Shown: positions 1 to 12,362, counted from the stretch's first letter. The stretch: 64,000 nucleotides of DNA from Mantamonas sphyraenae STR306 (GCA_026936335.1 JAPMXV010000011.1:62001-126000); one strand, 5' to 3'. Translations and numbers: made by a program. The notes: generated by a model not told the origin, from the sequence alone.

Positions 1-3000
1 GACGCCTTGCGCCAGTCGTTGGCATCGGCGCAAGAAGAGAGGGAAAAGGTGGATCGGGTGTGGCGTGACAAGCTGGAGGAAATGGAAAGGGAGAGCGGAG
101 AGGCGATGGAAGCGATGAAGACAAGTCGCGAAGCAGCGGAGCTGGAAGTGCGCGAGGCAGAGGCAGGACGGGCAGCGGTGGAAAAGCAGCTGAAGGAGGC
201 ACAACGTGCAAGGAAACGAGAAGTGAAGCAGCTGCTGGCACAGTTGCGAGACGGACCCGGACACAACGGTGGTGGTGGTGGTGGTGGAGACGAGTCGAGC
301 GGGGACGAGGTGAGCGTCGGACAGCTGCAGGAGATGCACATGGAGGTGCAGGAGTTGCTAGGACGCACGCAACAAGAGCTGTTGGCATCGCGCAAGTTTA
401 TCAGCGAAAAGAGCACGGCCGTGAGCAAGTTGGAGGCGGAGAAGCAGGAGCTGGAGAAGGAACTGCGGGCAGCCAAGGAGCGTGTGATCAGCGCAGAGAG
501 TGCAAAGGAGCACAGCGAGAGGCTGGCGACAGAGAGAGAACGGGAGCTAGAGAACAAGATGGAAGAGGTGAGTGGAGAGGTGAAAAGCAAGGAGGAGCGT
601 GCACGCGTGGCTGAGGCCGCCGTACAAAAGTTGGAGTTGGAGCTGGTGCGCGTGCAGGAGTTGAAGGAGGATGCAGAAAAGATGTTGGAGGGGATGGAAG
701 AAAGCCAGCGGCAGTTTCACATGTCGAAGCGAGAGACGGAGCGGGAACTTGCTGGGATGGAGGCGGCGCTGATGGAGGCGGAAGGACAATTGCAAAACAT
801 GCGCTCGATGCAAGTAAGCGGCGAAGAGGAAAGCAAGGCGTACAAGGAGCGTGTGGAGGCGCTGCGGACGAGTGTGAAGGAAGAGAAGAGGCTGCGAAAG
901 GCGGCGGTGATGAAGGCGACGACGCTGGAGGCAGAGCTGGAGAAGGAGAAGCTTCAAAGTGAAAACCTGCGGCAGGTGAAGGAAAAGGCGGTGAAGAAGG
1001 CTGAAATGACGGAGCAGATTGAACGGAAGCTGAAGAAGCGCACAGAGGCGTTGAAGGAGTGTCGCGAGGAGTTGGAACAGAGCCAGCACACGGTGCGTGC
1101 GGCGAGCCACAAGATACACGAGTTGGAGAAGCAGGTGGAGGGCCTGGAGAAGGAACTGGTGGCCAAGGAAGAAGGGTGGAAATTGAAGATGGCCAAGGTG
1201 AAGGAATCGCATCGGGAAGCATCTCAGGCACACGACGCCGAGGTGGAGAAGCGTGTAGAGGGGATCATCGCAGGGTTTCAGGCCAAGGAGGAGGGGTGGA
1301 GCAAGGAGAAGCGGCAGATGGAGGAAAAGTGGAGCGAGGATCGGAAGCAGGCGGAGGCAGAGAAAGCAGCGGCGGTGGAAGAGGGACAACGTGTGTTGGC
1401 GGAGGAAAAGGAGGCACATGAGGCCGCTGTGGGTGAGATGGAGGCTCAATGGGCGAAGGAGAGAGCAGAGTATGAGGAGGCGATGAGCAAGGTCCGGGAG
1501 GAACATGGAGCGGAGATGGACAGGGTGCAGAAGGAGCATTCGGATGAGGTGGACCGCCTGCAGGGAGAGATTGGCGAGTTGAAGAAGAAGCATGAAGAAG
1601 CCATGGCAGCTGTTGCTGTGGAGCATGGCAAGGAGATGGAGAAGATGGAGAAGAAGCATGCGGTGGAGGTGGAGAAGCTGAGCGGGGAGCAGGGTGCTGT
1701 GGTGCAAGGGTTGCAAGTGGAGATTGGGGAGCTGAAGAAGCAGCATGGAAAGGAGATGGAGGAGGTGGAGGAGAAGCATGCGGTGGAGGTGGAGAAGCTG
1801 AGTGGGGAGCAGGGTGCTGTGGTGCAAGGGTTGCAGGTGAAGATTGGAGAGATGCAGGCAGCGCAGGCGAAGGAGAAGGAGGAGTTGGAAGAGAAGCATG
1901 CGAAGGAGGTAGAGTCGATCCGTGATGAGAAGGAAAAGGCTGTGGTGGAGCTGCAGGGAGAGATTGGCGAGTTGAAGAAGAAGCACGAAGAGGCCATAGC
2001 AGCTGTTGCTGTGGAGCATGCGAAGGAGATGGAAGAGATGGAAAAGAAGCATGCGGTGGAGGTGGAGAAGCTCAGTGGGGAACAGGGTGCTGTGTGCAAG
2101 AGCTGCAGGTGAAGATTGGAGAGATGCAGGCAGCGCAGGCGAAGGAGAAGGAGGAGTTGGAGAAGAAGCATGAGGAGGACACGCGCGGTTTTCAGAAGGA
2201 GATGGAGGCGCTGAAGCAGCAGCATGGAAAGGAGATGGAAGAGATGGAGAAGAAACACGCGGTGGAGGTGGAGAAGCTGAGTGGAGAACAAGGAGCAACC
2301 GTGCAGGCTCTGCAACTGGAATTGGCTGCGATGCGTGCACAGCATGCAGCAGAGAAGGAGGAGGAAGAGGAGAAGCATGTGAAGGAGGTGGAGTCGATCC
2401 GCGATGAGAAGGAAAAGGCTGTGGTGGAGCTGCAGGGAGAGATTGCCGAGTTGAAGAAGAAGCACGAGGAGGCCCTGGCAGCGTTTGCTGTTGCTGTGGA
2501 GCATGCGAAGGAGATGGAGGATATGGAAAAGAAGCACGCAGTGGAGGTGGAGAAGCTGAGTGGGGAACAGGGTGAAGCAGTGCAGAGTCTGCAGGAGGAA
2601 CTGCGCAGGACGCAGATTGCACATGAAGAGGCGATGGAAGAGGCCAAGGCAGTCCACACGGAGGAGATGCGAGCGATGCAAGCACAGATCCAGGAGTCGG
2701 AAGGGGAGAAAGAAACAGCGCATGAGCGAGAGGTGTCGAAGCTGAACACAAAGGTGAAGATGATGCAGCGGATGCTGCAGGAGACGAAGCACAAGGCCAA
2801 GGAGGAACGGGAGGCAAAGGATGCCGAGATCGAGGAGCTGACGGCAAAGAAGAAAGAGCTGGTGGCACAGATTGCCAAGTTGGCGTTGCAAAAGGGCAGC
2901 GAGGAAGGCACGAACAACAGCAACAGCAACAGCACCAGCAATGGAGGCGGAGGAGAAGAGGAGGCACAGGAGCTTACGGTGCTGCGTGAGCAGATACGCG

Positions 3001-3491
3001 AGATGCAACTGGACAACGAAGAGGTGGATCGACTGCAAAGGCGTGTGGTGGAGCTTGAAGAGGAGCTGCGTGTGGCACAGGCGGCAGGTGGTGCGAGTGG
3101 CGACGACGGAGGAGAGCGAGTGGGCAACAGAACGCCTGTGCCGGAACGGGAGCTGCGCATGGAGCTGGCCAAGGTGCGCAAGGTGTCACGAAAGGCACAG
3201 CAGCAGAACGAATTGCTGGCAAGCGAGCTGGAAGAGCTGATGCAGGACATGCAGGAGCTGCAGGCGATCAACCACAAGGGTGCGCAGGAGAAACAACGCA
3301 TGCAGGAGCGCATCCAGGATCTGGAAGCAGAGATTGGAGAACTGGAGGCAGAGAACAAGGAGTTGTCGGATGCAATGGCCGGGGTGGTGGGAGTGATGAA
3401 GGGTAGAATGCAATCATTCAAAGTTCATCGTCAGCGCAAACTCGGGGTCAAACATCTTCTTCTTGTCGCGTGCAGCGCGGTCGATCTGTGA
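1..3491 (+). CDS. Large E/K-rich coiled-coil protein with internal repeats (5' truncated; apparent frameshift at ~2093)
   Basis: ORFs 7-2112 and 2094-3491 are both heptad-rich and share the same KKHAVEVEKLSGEQG repeat. The copy at ~2087 reads GCTGTGTGCAA versus GCTGTGGTGCAA in sister repeats (one G missing). Confidence 0.8.
1558..2595 (+). repeat. Intragenic coding repeats (five copies of EKKHAVEVEKLSGEQG plus LQGEIGELKKKHEEA units)
   Basis: Near-identical DNA copies of gagaagaagcatgcggtggaggtggagaagctgagtgggga at ~1648, 1771, 2041, 2247 and 2526. Confidence 0.85.
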
Positions 3492-5199
3492 CTTGTCCAG
3501 GTGCAACTGGTTGTCCTGGATGAAAAAGGTGTGGAACCAGAGGTAGCAGGCGGTGATGCCTTTGGGCTTGTTTGCAGCGGCATCTGCAGCTGCTGCGGGA
3601 GAGGAGGAGGAGGAGGAGGGAGCACGGTAGGAAGAGCCCGGTGCAGTGACGTCGCTATCCATGCGACGGTCGTTGACGAGGAACTGCTGGTCGTCGGTGA
3701 GAACATAAAAGTGGATTTTGATGTCGCCCGAGACAGGGAGGCCCGGGATGGTCTCTGTGCTGTTGAGGAGAAAAGTGCAGAGATCGATCCCCTGCTGATC
3801 GACGCCCGTGTTGACGGCAGTGTCGCCAAGGAGGGAGTTGTAGAGTTCGTGCTTGCCATCCTGGAGCACCCGGAAGTAGATCTGATCCATGGAGACAGTG
3901 GCACCATGGTTGGGCAAGTGTGGCATCTTGCGCAAACGGATCGAGGTCAGCGTGAGCGTGGGGGTGGGAGGCAACTGGCGATTGTTCTTGACAATCCACT
4001 GGAAGTAGCCCACATAACGATTCTGCGACGGCGTTTCAATGCCCTGGAACGCCGAACCCTTTTCCGTGTCTGTACGACGCGTGCCAAACAGCTTTGTGGC
4101 TTCGTCGGCGTGGGTGCAAACGCGATCGTAGAGGAGCCAGGAGGAGATGAGGGTACCGGTGCGTCCCTTGCCTCCCCGGCAATGGACGGCAATGACATTG
4201 TCCGCATGGGTGTCCACAAACGAGCGTGCGTTCTCACAAAACTCCAGGAGCACACGGAGGGGTGCGACGTTGTGGTCCTCCAGGGGATACTTGACCACAC
4301 GGCCGTCAAAAATGGCCGGGTCATACGAGTACTCGGCACGAGTGTCGTAGATGCGATAATGGTTGGGGTGTTTGGTGTTGAAGAACCGTGCCACCTCGCC
4401 GATGGGATTGCGGTAGATCGACTCCAGGGCCTCGGAGGGGGCGCTCATGCCGATGACTCGCGGCGTGATGTACGTCAAATCCAGGTCGAAGCCGTCGCGC
4501 ACGTACCGTCGCTTGTTCTGGCTCACTGTGGAACGTGCTGCCGTAGTCAGGTTGCTCGAGCGAAGGCGCACAATGATGCGCACGCATCGGACGACGCTGG
4601 TGGCGATGGCAGGTGGTGTCAGCTAGGCAGGGGCGAGGAGAGGGGAAATTCTTCGTGGATTGTGGAAGGGGGGTTTTCGGGGGGGGGCAAAAACCGAGGG
4701 CATGGGCCACTCACCGGAGCACAGTGAACCAACGGTAGTTGTTCTCAACAAAGACGGTGATAATGAAGGAGGCAAGGACGACGAGACCGTCGCCGACGGA
4801 CCAGAGGGAGGAGAAGAAAGCGTTGGTGGGGGCGCTTGCCCAGATGCGCACCAGGAGTTCGACCACAAAGAGGGAAAGGATGATGATGGTGAAGGTGACG
4901 TTGAAGGGAGTGTCCTCTTCGGTCACCTTGCCCAGTTCCAGGAACATGATGATCATGTCGGCCAAGATGAGGAGGATGATCACCACTTGGACGGGCAGCG
5001 AGTTGAGCACGTTCAACACACGCGTTTGTGTGGGATACTTCTGCTGCATGGGGTCTAGAAGCAGATCCAACTCTTCCAGCGATTGGTGGTGTTGTTGGGA
5101 TTGGTGCTTGTTGCTGTGCTTCTGCTGCTGCTTGCCCTTGGTGCGTGAGGCCGACTCCCCGTCGTCGGGCATGGCAACATACTGTGTCTGTTTGGACAT
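3414..5199 (-). CDS. Voltage-sensing phosphoinositide phosphatase (VSP/TPTE family): S1-S4 sensor + PTEN-like phosphatase + C2
   Basis: Exon 5199-4715 encodes S1-S3. After intron 4714-4597 (GT..AG) the spliced S4 reads RWFTVLRVVRCVRIIVR, then SQNKRRYVRDGFDLDLTYIT, the catalytic motif HCRGGKGRTG, ETPSQNRYV and C2 motif WFHTFFI. Confidence 0.92.
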
Positions 5200-5366
5200 G
5201 TGTGTGGACGACTGGTGGCGATTACGGAATGGTGATGGAGATGAAATTGGGAGAAGGGGGGAGGGGGGGGTGGGGATGGGGTGGTGGAGGCCAGTGGGGT
5301 TCGCGTGCTCCAGCCGGAGCACGCCGTTGGATGTTTGCAAGAGTTGCAGGAAAGGGAAGGGCAGTG

Positions 5367-6889
5367 ATGAGCACATCAAACGGAAAGCAAGCAGTGGTTC
5401 AGGGAGTGAAGCGTGTGTTGGGTGATGAGGAGGTGGTGGAAGACGTGGTGGAGGCGGAGTTGAAGCGAGCACGAACGGACGACGGCGGCGATGCTGCTGC
5501 TGCTGCTGCTGCTGCTGCCTCCTCCTCTTCATCCTCCTCATCCTCATCCTCAACAACTACAAAGGGAACAGAGGCATCGTCACCGTCTCGCAAGCGTCTG
5601 GGCAAGAAGAAACGTTTTGCCCTCTTGCTGGGCTATGTGGGCTCCAACTACCAGGGGCTTCAAATGTAAGTGCCCCTTAGGGTTCTCACCCCCCCCCCCA
5701 CAGCCGAGGGACCACTGACACACCCACACACACACCCCATCCCATCCCGTTCCCATTCGCATTTCCATTTCCCATCCCAAAGGAACAAAGGGGCACACAC
5801 GGTGGAGGATGTGCTTGTGGAGGCGTTGTACCAGGGTGGGGGCATCGACGAATTCAACCGTGGACAGCTAAACAAGATTGGATGGGCACGTGCGTCACGC
5901 ACAGACAAAGGTGTGCATGCAGCAGGGTCGGTGGTGGCTGCAAGACTTGTGGTAAAGGACGAGGAGGCATACGTGACCAAGGTGAACGCGGCCCTTCCGG
6001 ACGACGTCTCGCTGCTGGCCATGACACAAGTCACAGGCAAATTCAACCCCAAGAACCGTGCCGATTCTCGTCTCTACGAATACCTGCTGCCATGCTATGT
6101 GCTTCGTGAGGTGGATCGCGACGGGGTGCTTGCCCGTGCCAGGGATATCATGCAGCGGGCGCAGGCGCTGCCGGATCACAAGTCGCGTGCTCAGTTGCGA
6201 CGCGAGTTGGAGGAGGAGTCGATGCAGGACACATCATACACTCATCATCATCAGGGGAAGCAGGAGGGGGCACAGACGTATGATGAAGCTGTGTTGGAAC
6301 GGCTGCGCACGGCGTTGGGGGCGTATGTGGGCACCCATCGGTATCACAACTTTACCAGCGGCGTGCAAGGCCATGAGGACCGGGCCAAACGGTACATCAA
6401 ACGGTTTGAGTGCAGTGAACCGTTCGAGGTGGCGGGGATGCCGGTGGTGAGGTTGGCGGTGCATGGACAAAGCTTCCTGCTGCATCAGATTCGCAAAATG
6501 GTGGCTGTGGCACTGATGGTGGCCCGTAAACAGGCACCCATGGCCATCTACGAGCGTGCGTTTGACCAGGACACACGTGTGTCGTTGCCCATGGCACCGT
6601 CGTTCCCACTGCTGCTGGCCAAGATCCACTACGACGTGTACTCCAGCACATCGGGACACGACGTCAATTTCGAGAGGCAGCAGGAGACGGTGGAGCGGTT
6701 CAAACACAGGGTGCTCTACACCCACATCGTGACGTCGACAACGGCCACGCCTTTGGCGGATGGCTGTGGAACATGGAAAGGTACTTTCTCTTTAACGACG
6801 ACGTGGAGAATGAGGCGGCCATGATTGGAGACGACGAGGATGAGGAGGATGGAGACAAAGGGCAGGGGCAGGAAGAAGAAGAAGAATGA
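5367..6889 (+). CDS. PUS1: tRNA pseudouridine synthase (TruA/Pus1 family); intron 5666-5782; apparent frameshift ~6730
   Basis: FALLLGYVGSNYQGLQ, ASRTDKGVHA (catalytic Asp), YVGTHRYHNFT, GQSFLLHQIRKMV. Confidence 0.9.
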
Positions 6890-7221
6890 AAATGAAGGCT
6901 GAAGTGCTGCTGTGATTGATTTGATGTGTGGCCTCTCCCCCTCTCTCCATCCCTCGTGCGGTCGCCTACAAGACCCAATCATTGTCATCCATTGCCCCCC
7001 TCCCCCTTTAGATGGGCCCATGCCGCCAAGCAGGTTCCTGAGGATCGAGGGTGGGGGTGATGGATGCTGGGGAGGCGGACACCACGGTGTTGGGAAAGGG
7101 AGTGGCCACACTCGCACACACACACACACACACGCACACACATGAAGGGCGAGGAGGGGAACCTGCGACGCATGAGTATTGGCAACACACACATACACCG
7201 CACACACACAGAGTTGACACA

Positions 7222-7295
7222 CCGTGTGCACTCGGCTGGCACGCGGCCCGTTGTTGACATGGGCTTTCATGGCGTGCCTGCGTCATGGTGCTGGT
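7222..7295 (-). promoter_or_regulatory. SECIS element (type II-like) in the 3' UTR of the deiodinase-like gene
   Basis: Minus strand: gcac-c-ATGAC-GCAGGCACGC-catg-AAA-GCCC-atgtcaacaac-GGGC-c-GCGTGCCAGC-CGAG-tgc. It shows the AUGA/GA core, a 10-bp helix II with one mismatch, unpaired AAA and an apical ministem. Confidence 0.85.
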
Positions 7296-7418
7296 GATCA
7301 ACATCAATGTGAATGAGTCTGTGGGGGTTGGCTCCATGGCCTACGATTCCGTCCCTGTGTGTCTCTTCATGTGTGGATGATTGTTGCACGGGATGCTCAA
7401 TCAGTGCTCACCCGCACC

Positions 7419-8305
7419 TTACTCGCTTGCATCCCCGTACCGCTTCTCCAGCCAGTCGGTCAGCCCTTCGATGTCGTACCCGAATGGGCCTTCACCACAC
7501 ACCCAGGTGAGCTGGCCCTGTTCGAAAATGTACAGCCGTTCAGGCACAGCATGCAATGTCATGGCAAAGGTGTTTTCGATGGGGTCAACCAGCAGAGGCA
7601 CCTGGTAGCCTCCATTTGCCTTGCTTGCAGTGGCGAGAAAATCCTGGGCAATGTCGCAGCGAGCTCGTGTACTCTTCGGCTGGCGGTAGCAAAAGTCGTG
7701 GTTGGTTTTGGCCAACACAAAGTTGCCATCCGACGAGTGTGCCTCTCGGATGTACACTGTCAGAAACTTGGCGTGTTGATTGAACCGCTGTGTCGTGTGT
7801 CGTGTGGAGGGGCGGCCAAGAAAACGTCAACACACGATTTTCTGCACATTTTTTCTCGTTTCCGCTCTCTCTCTCTCGCCGCACTCACCTTGTGCAGCTC
7901 GTTGAAATCGGCGGCATGGGCCCTCCAGGGGGGTCAAGTGAGAGAACCAGCAGAGATGATCAGCGGACGATCCTTGGCTTCTGCAATCTGCTCTGCCAGC
8001 GACGTTTCCTCCGTCTGGTCCACGTTGACCAGCTTCAGGGCCTCTGCATCCAGCTGCATGCCTGGCTTGGGTTCCGGGAACGCCTTGCGCAGCTCTGCCT
8101 CCTCCATGATTTGTTTGTGCATTGTGGTCATCACGTTTGTGTCGTCTTCGATCTTCATTCCTCGAAGACGATCGCCGAAAAAGGCGTACGAAGCGTGTTG
8201 GAACAGATGAAAGAGGTGTTTGGTGAAGAACAGATAGACCACCACTGCCACCAGCGCCACAGCCACCACAGCCGTGAGTGTGGGCGATTCCGACAGCAGA
8301 TCCAT
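7419..8305 (-). CDS. Iodothyronine deiodinase-like selenoprotein (Sec at UGA 7936-7934; intron 7888-7788)
   Basis: N-terminal TM segment, RPLIISAGSLT-U-PPWR (cf. GSCTUPPF) and FLTVYIREAHSSDG (cf. YIEEAHASDGW). Also AVPERLYI and GEGPFGYD, with a SECIS downstream. Confidence 0.92.
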
Positions 8306-8417
8306 CAGAGTGTTTTGTGTGCATCGGCCTGCGCATGCTCGCAAACCGTGATGTGATCAAGGTGGGGGGAAGGGAACTGGGCTCCATCCATTCGCCATTC
8401 GTATTGTATTGTACTCC

Positions 8418-10199
8418 TCACTTGCCACCTCCAACATACGACTCAACGACGCTGTCGAGGGTGCGCAGCTGGAAGCCCCAACCGCGCCAGACCTCCTCGC
8501 AACCACGGAAGAGGATGCCGACGGGCACACCCTTGAAAGGCCCAATAAAGTTGCCATAGGCACCCTTGGCGTCCTTGAAGCTGACAGTGGCCACGCTGTA
8601 CGTGATCTTGTGCTGGTGGAGGAAGGCCAGCACACGCTTCTCGTTGGCCAAGGGCGCATAGTCCACATCGGTGACGGCCACAATGTTGAGTTTGCTGTTG
8701 GAGCCGCTGTGCTTCTGCCACAACGCCTGCACCTGCGGCAGCTCGTCCGTGCACACGGGGCACGTCACCGTCCAGAACAGCACCAGCGTGTATCCATCCT
8801 TTCCCTGGCTCAACATGTTGGTTGGCCGTTGGATCCACTTGTCCACACGCAGGCCACATGCCCCATCCGATCCCTGCCCTTCGCCCACCACCGCCTTGCT
8901 TTCCTGTCCCTGCTGCTGCTTGCTATCTCCAGTGCTGCCGACGTCGTTGTTGACGTCCTGTTGTTGCTGTTGTGTCCCGGCCTTCTCTTGCTGCTTCTGC
9001 TGCTTCTGCTGCTTCTGCTGCTGCTTGCGCTGCGCGGTTTCGGCGTTGAGTCGTGCGATGTCCTCTTCCGTGAGGTGCGACAGGCAATCGGAGCAGTTGC
9101 TGAGGTACATGCGATCGAGCTCGTCCATGCGACAGGTGAACAGGGGCTTGTTCAGGTGGTGGTTGACCTCGTTGTGCAATTTGCACAGGAAGAGGGACAG
9201 TTCCTCGCGGGACCCTGCCTTGATCTCCGTGTCGTCGTTGATGTGATACTTCATGTTGTGACGGCACTCCTCACACGGGTACAACACACGCATGGAATCC
9301 AACAGTTGCTTCACTGCAACCTTGTGAGCCTCAGTCGGCTCCTCAGGGTATTTGGCAGCCACCGAGTGCAGGTAGTGCCACAGTGATTGGCCCAGCTTGC
9401 GTCGCCATGAGCTGTGTGTGCGTTCCACCTTGGATGCCGCCTTGTCCACCCATTCGCTGATCGCTTTCACCGTACGCCGGCCCGTGTACTCCTTGCTCGG
9501 GCTCGTGGAGTGCTTCTCAAACAACTTCACCGTCGGGTAGCCTCGGATCTCGTATGACGCACAAATGTCTGTGTTGTCGTCGCAATTGAACTGGTGTGCA
9601 CAATGTGCCCCCATGCCCTGTGTCAGTGTTCCATTCCTGCCCTTCTTCAGCCCGCCACAGTCTCTTTGCGTTTCCCCTTTTGCCTCGGGGCGTGACGTCA
9701 AAATTCCTTTCGCCTCCTTCCGTTTTCCGCCTCCGCCTCACCCACCCACCCCGTCCTCTTCCTCACCTCTGCAATCACCACGTCCTCCCGATCCGCAAAC
9801 TTGGCCGCCACCTGTTCATAAATAGGCGCCAGGCGTTTGCAGTGGCCACACCAGCTGTGTGTGTGTGGGGGTGGGGTCGTCGTGGCAGCTTTTCAACGTC
9901 AGCGTCGCTGTTGTGTGGCTTCTGGACGGTTCCACGCTCGCACAGAGACAAGGGCATGTGGTACGACTGCCTCTCGTGCACACAAGGTAGCACTGGTGGC
10001 ATCCGTCCCACATATGGCCAACCTACGGTGCGTAAAACTTGACAAGGACGTGTTTGTTGCCGTCGACGATCTGGTCAAAGGTCGTCGGCGTGAGGGAGAT
10101 CACCTCTTTGGCCTCTGCACACGCTACCAGCGTGCCCAGCAGCGCCAACAGACCCACCAGGGCCATGGCACCAGCTCGGTTCTGTGCTCCTCTATGCAT
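8418..10199 (-). CDS. Secretory-pathway oxidoreductase fusion: signal peptide + PDI-type thioredoxin (WCGHC) + Erv1/ALR sulfhydryl oxidase + TlpA-like thioredoxin (CPVC)
   Basis: Introns 10026-9855 and 9766-9591 give VLVKFYAPWCGHCKRLAP...IRGYPTVKLF. ERV motifs LGQSLWHYLH, YPCEEC, LCKLHNEVN follow, then VLFWTVTCPVCTDELP. Confidence 0.88.
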
Positions 10200-10283
10200 G
10201 CTTGGGACTGTGTGTGTGTGTGTGTGCGTGTGGTGGGTTGCCTGTGCGAGCGCAGGGCCAGCCGAAAACACACGGACGCAAAC

Positions 10284-12053
10284 ATGGTGGGTCGACTTTG
10301 ACAATTGAACGTGGAGTGTGTGTCACACAGGCACACAGACACAAGAAACAAGAAAGACAAGTGCTGACACAAGCACGCATGTGCTTTTTTGGGGGGACGG
10401 GCGACGGTTCATTTCCGTCTGGCGCACACACACACACCACACACACACAGACGGACACAGGCAAACAAGCATCCAACCAGGACGTGGACTACACGGCCAT
10501 TGTGGCAGAGGCCATCCCGCAGAATAAGGAACTGGCTTCGCAGGTGCGTTTTTAGGGGCGTCGATCCGACGCGCGCGCGTTTCCCCTCTTCGATTCCGGC
10601 GGAAGCGACGAGCTGAGCCACTGACGCCGAGGTTGGGATCCACACACATGTGCTGTCATGTGTGCCACACACGCATACAAACATGCATCGCACAGGGGAA
10701 CTACCAGGATGCGATCGACAACCTGTTTGCGCTGGAAAAGAAGACCCGCATGGTGAGTTGCAACAATTCCACGTGCCGATTCCACACAGACCCGGCAGCT
10801 GACACACACACACACACGCCTGTTCTCTCTTTGGCACGCATTGCATGCAGTCGGACGACGGCGAAAACACAGAGAAGCTGTGTGTGGCCATTGTGGAGAT
10901 CTGCTACGAACTGAAGGAGTGGAAACTGCTGCAGGAGCAGGTGACACTGATCAGCAAGCGACGCGGCCAGCTCAAGCGTGCGCTGACGGCAGTGGTGCAA
11001 AAGACAATGACGTACCTGGACGAGACACCCGACGAAGAGACCAAGTTTGAGGTGATCGACACGTTGCTGCTTGTGACGGCAGGCAAGATCCATGTAGAGA
11101 ACGAGCGTGCGCGGCTGACGCGCATGGTGGTGGACAAGAAGGAGGCGGAGGGGGACGTGGAGGAGGCGTGCAAGCTTATCCAGGAGGTGCAGGTGGAGAC
11201 ATTTGGCTCCATGGACCGCAAGGAGAAGACACAGTACATTCTGGAGCAGATGCGCTTGACGCTGGCAATCAAGGATTACGTGCGCACACAGATCCTCAGC
11301 CGCAAGGTGAGCAAGAGTGTGTTTGACATGGAGGACTTTCAGGATGAGAAGGTGCAGTACTACGGCTACATGACGCGCTTCTATGCACACGAGAAGGAGT
11401 ACCTGGAAATGTGCAGGTGTGCACAGGCCATCTACGGCACACCCATGGTGGCAGAGGACAAGGATAAGCGCCAGGAGGCACTGAGGGACATTGTGATGTA
11501 CCTTGTGTTGACGCCACACGGCAACGAACGCCAGGATCTGTTGCACCGCACGCAGCAGGACAAGAACATGGAGGAGCTGCCGCTGTACCTGGACCTGCTG
11601 CGTCTGTTTACCACGGAGGAATTGATGAAGTGGCCCGAGGTGGATGCCACGTACGATGCGGAGTTCAAGTCGCGTGCGGTGTTCCAGGACAGCGAAGAGG
11701 ACACGGGCGAGTCGCGTTACTCCGATTTCAGCCGGCGGGTGGTGGAGCACAACATCCGTGTGTTGGCCAAGTACTACGGACGCATCAGCCTGTCACGCAT
11801 GGCCACGCTGCTCAATGTGGACGAGGCCACCGCGGAGAAGAACCTGTGTGAGGAGATTGTCAAGGGGGTGGTCAGCGGCAAGATCGACCGTCCCGCAGGC
11901 GTGGTCACCTTTAGCAGCAACCGCAACGCAAGCGCCGTGCTGCACGACTGGAGCAGCGACATTGGCGAGCTGCTCACCCTGGTCGAGCGCACTTGCCACC
12001 TCATCCACAAGGAGCAAATGGTGCACAGCGTGCTTGTCGACGGGGACAACTAG
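10284..12053 (+). CDS. RPN5: 26S proteasome lid subunit Rpn5/PSMD12 (three 5' introns)
   Basis: M|DVDY..., LFALEKKTR, ISKRRGQLK, GKIHVENERARLT, VQVETFGSMD, RVVEHNIRV and a PCI domain (GKIDRPAG). Confidence 0.95.
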
Positions 12054-12156
12054 AGGGAAGACACAGGAAACACAAGAGCAATGCAAGAATTTTTGGTTTG
12101 GAGGCATCTCTGTGTGTTCCGGGCAGGCGTGGGCGCAGGCAAGAAAACACTTTTCC

Positions 12157-12327
12157 ATGTCGACGAAGCGAGAGCGATCTTTGTCGTTGACCTTTGAGCC
12201 GCCTGCGGCCAAGCGATCCATGGTGGACACCATGGAAGATGATCTGGACTCGCTCCTGGACACGGAGCTGAGCTTTGAAACGACGGGTGTGCGAGCCGAA
12301 TTCGATGCGCTCTTGAGCAACACTGTA

Positions 12328-12362
<35 letters not shown>

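Noticed and set aside
1558-2595. CRISPR-like or mobile repeat array
   Set aside because: Repeats are in-frame coding units of a coiled-coil protein with no unique spacers; the DNA is eukaryotic.
547-2967. Long antisense ORFs opposite real genes (e.g. 547-2967, 28406-31321, 17132-18853, 50962-53028)
   Set aside because: Shadow frames of GC-rich, codon-biased sense genes; low complexity with no motifs.
7934-7936. Deiodinase as a pseudogene with a premature stop
   Set aside because: The UGA sits exactly at the catalytic Sec position and a SECIS is present.
10023-10026. TAG after KFYAP as stop or recoded codon
   Set aside because: It is part of the GTAGGT intron donor; splicing restores PWCGHC.
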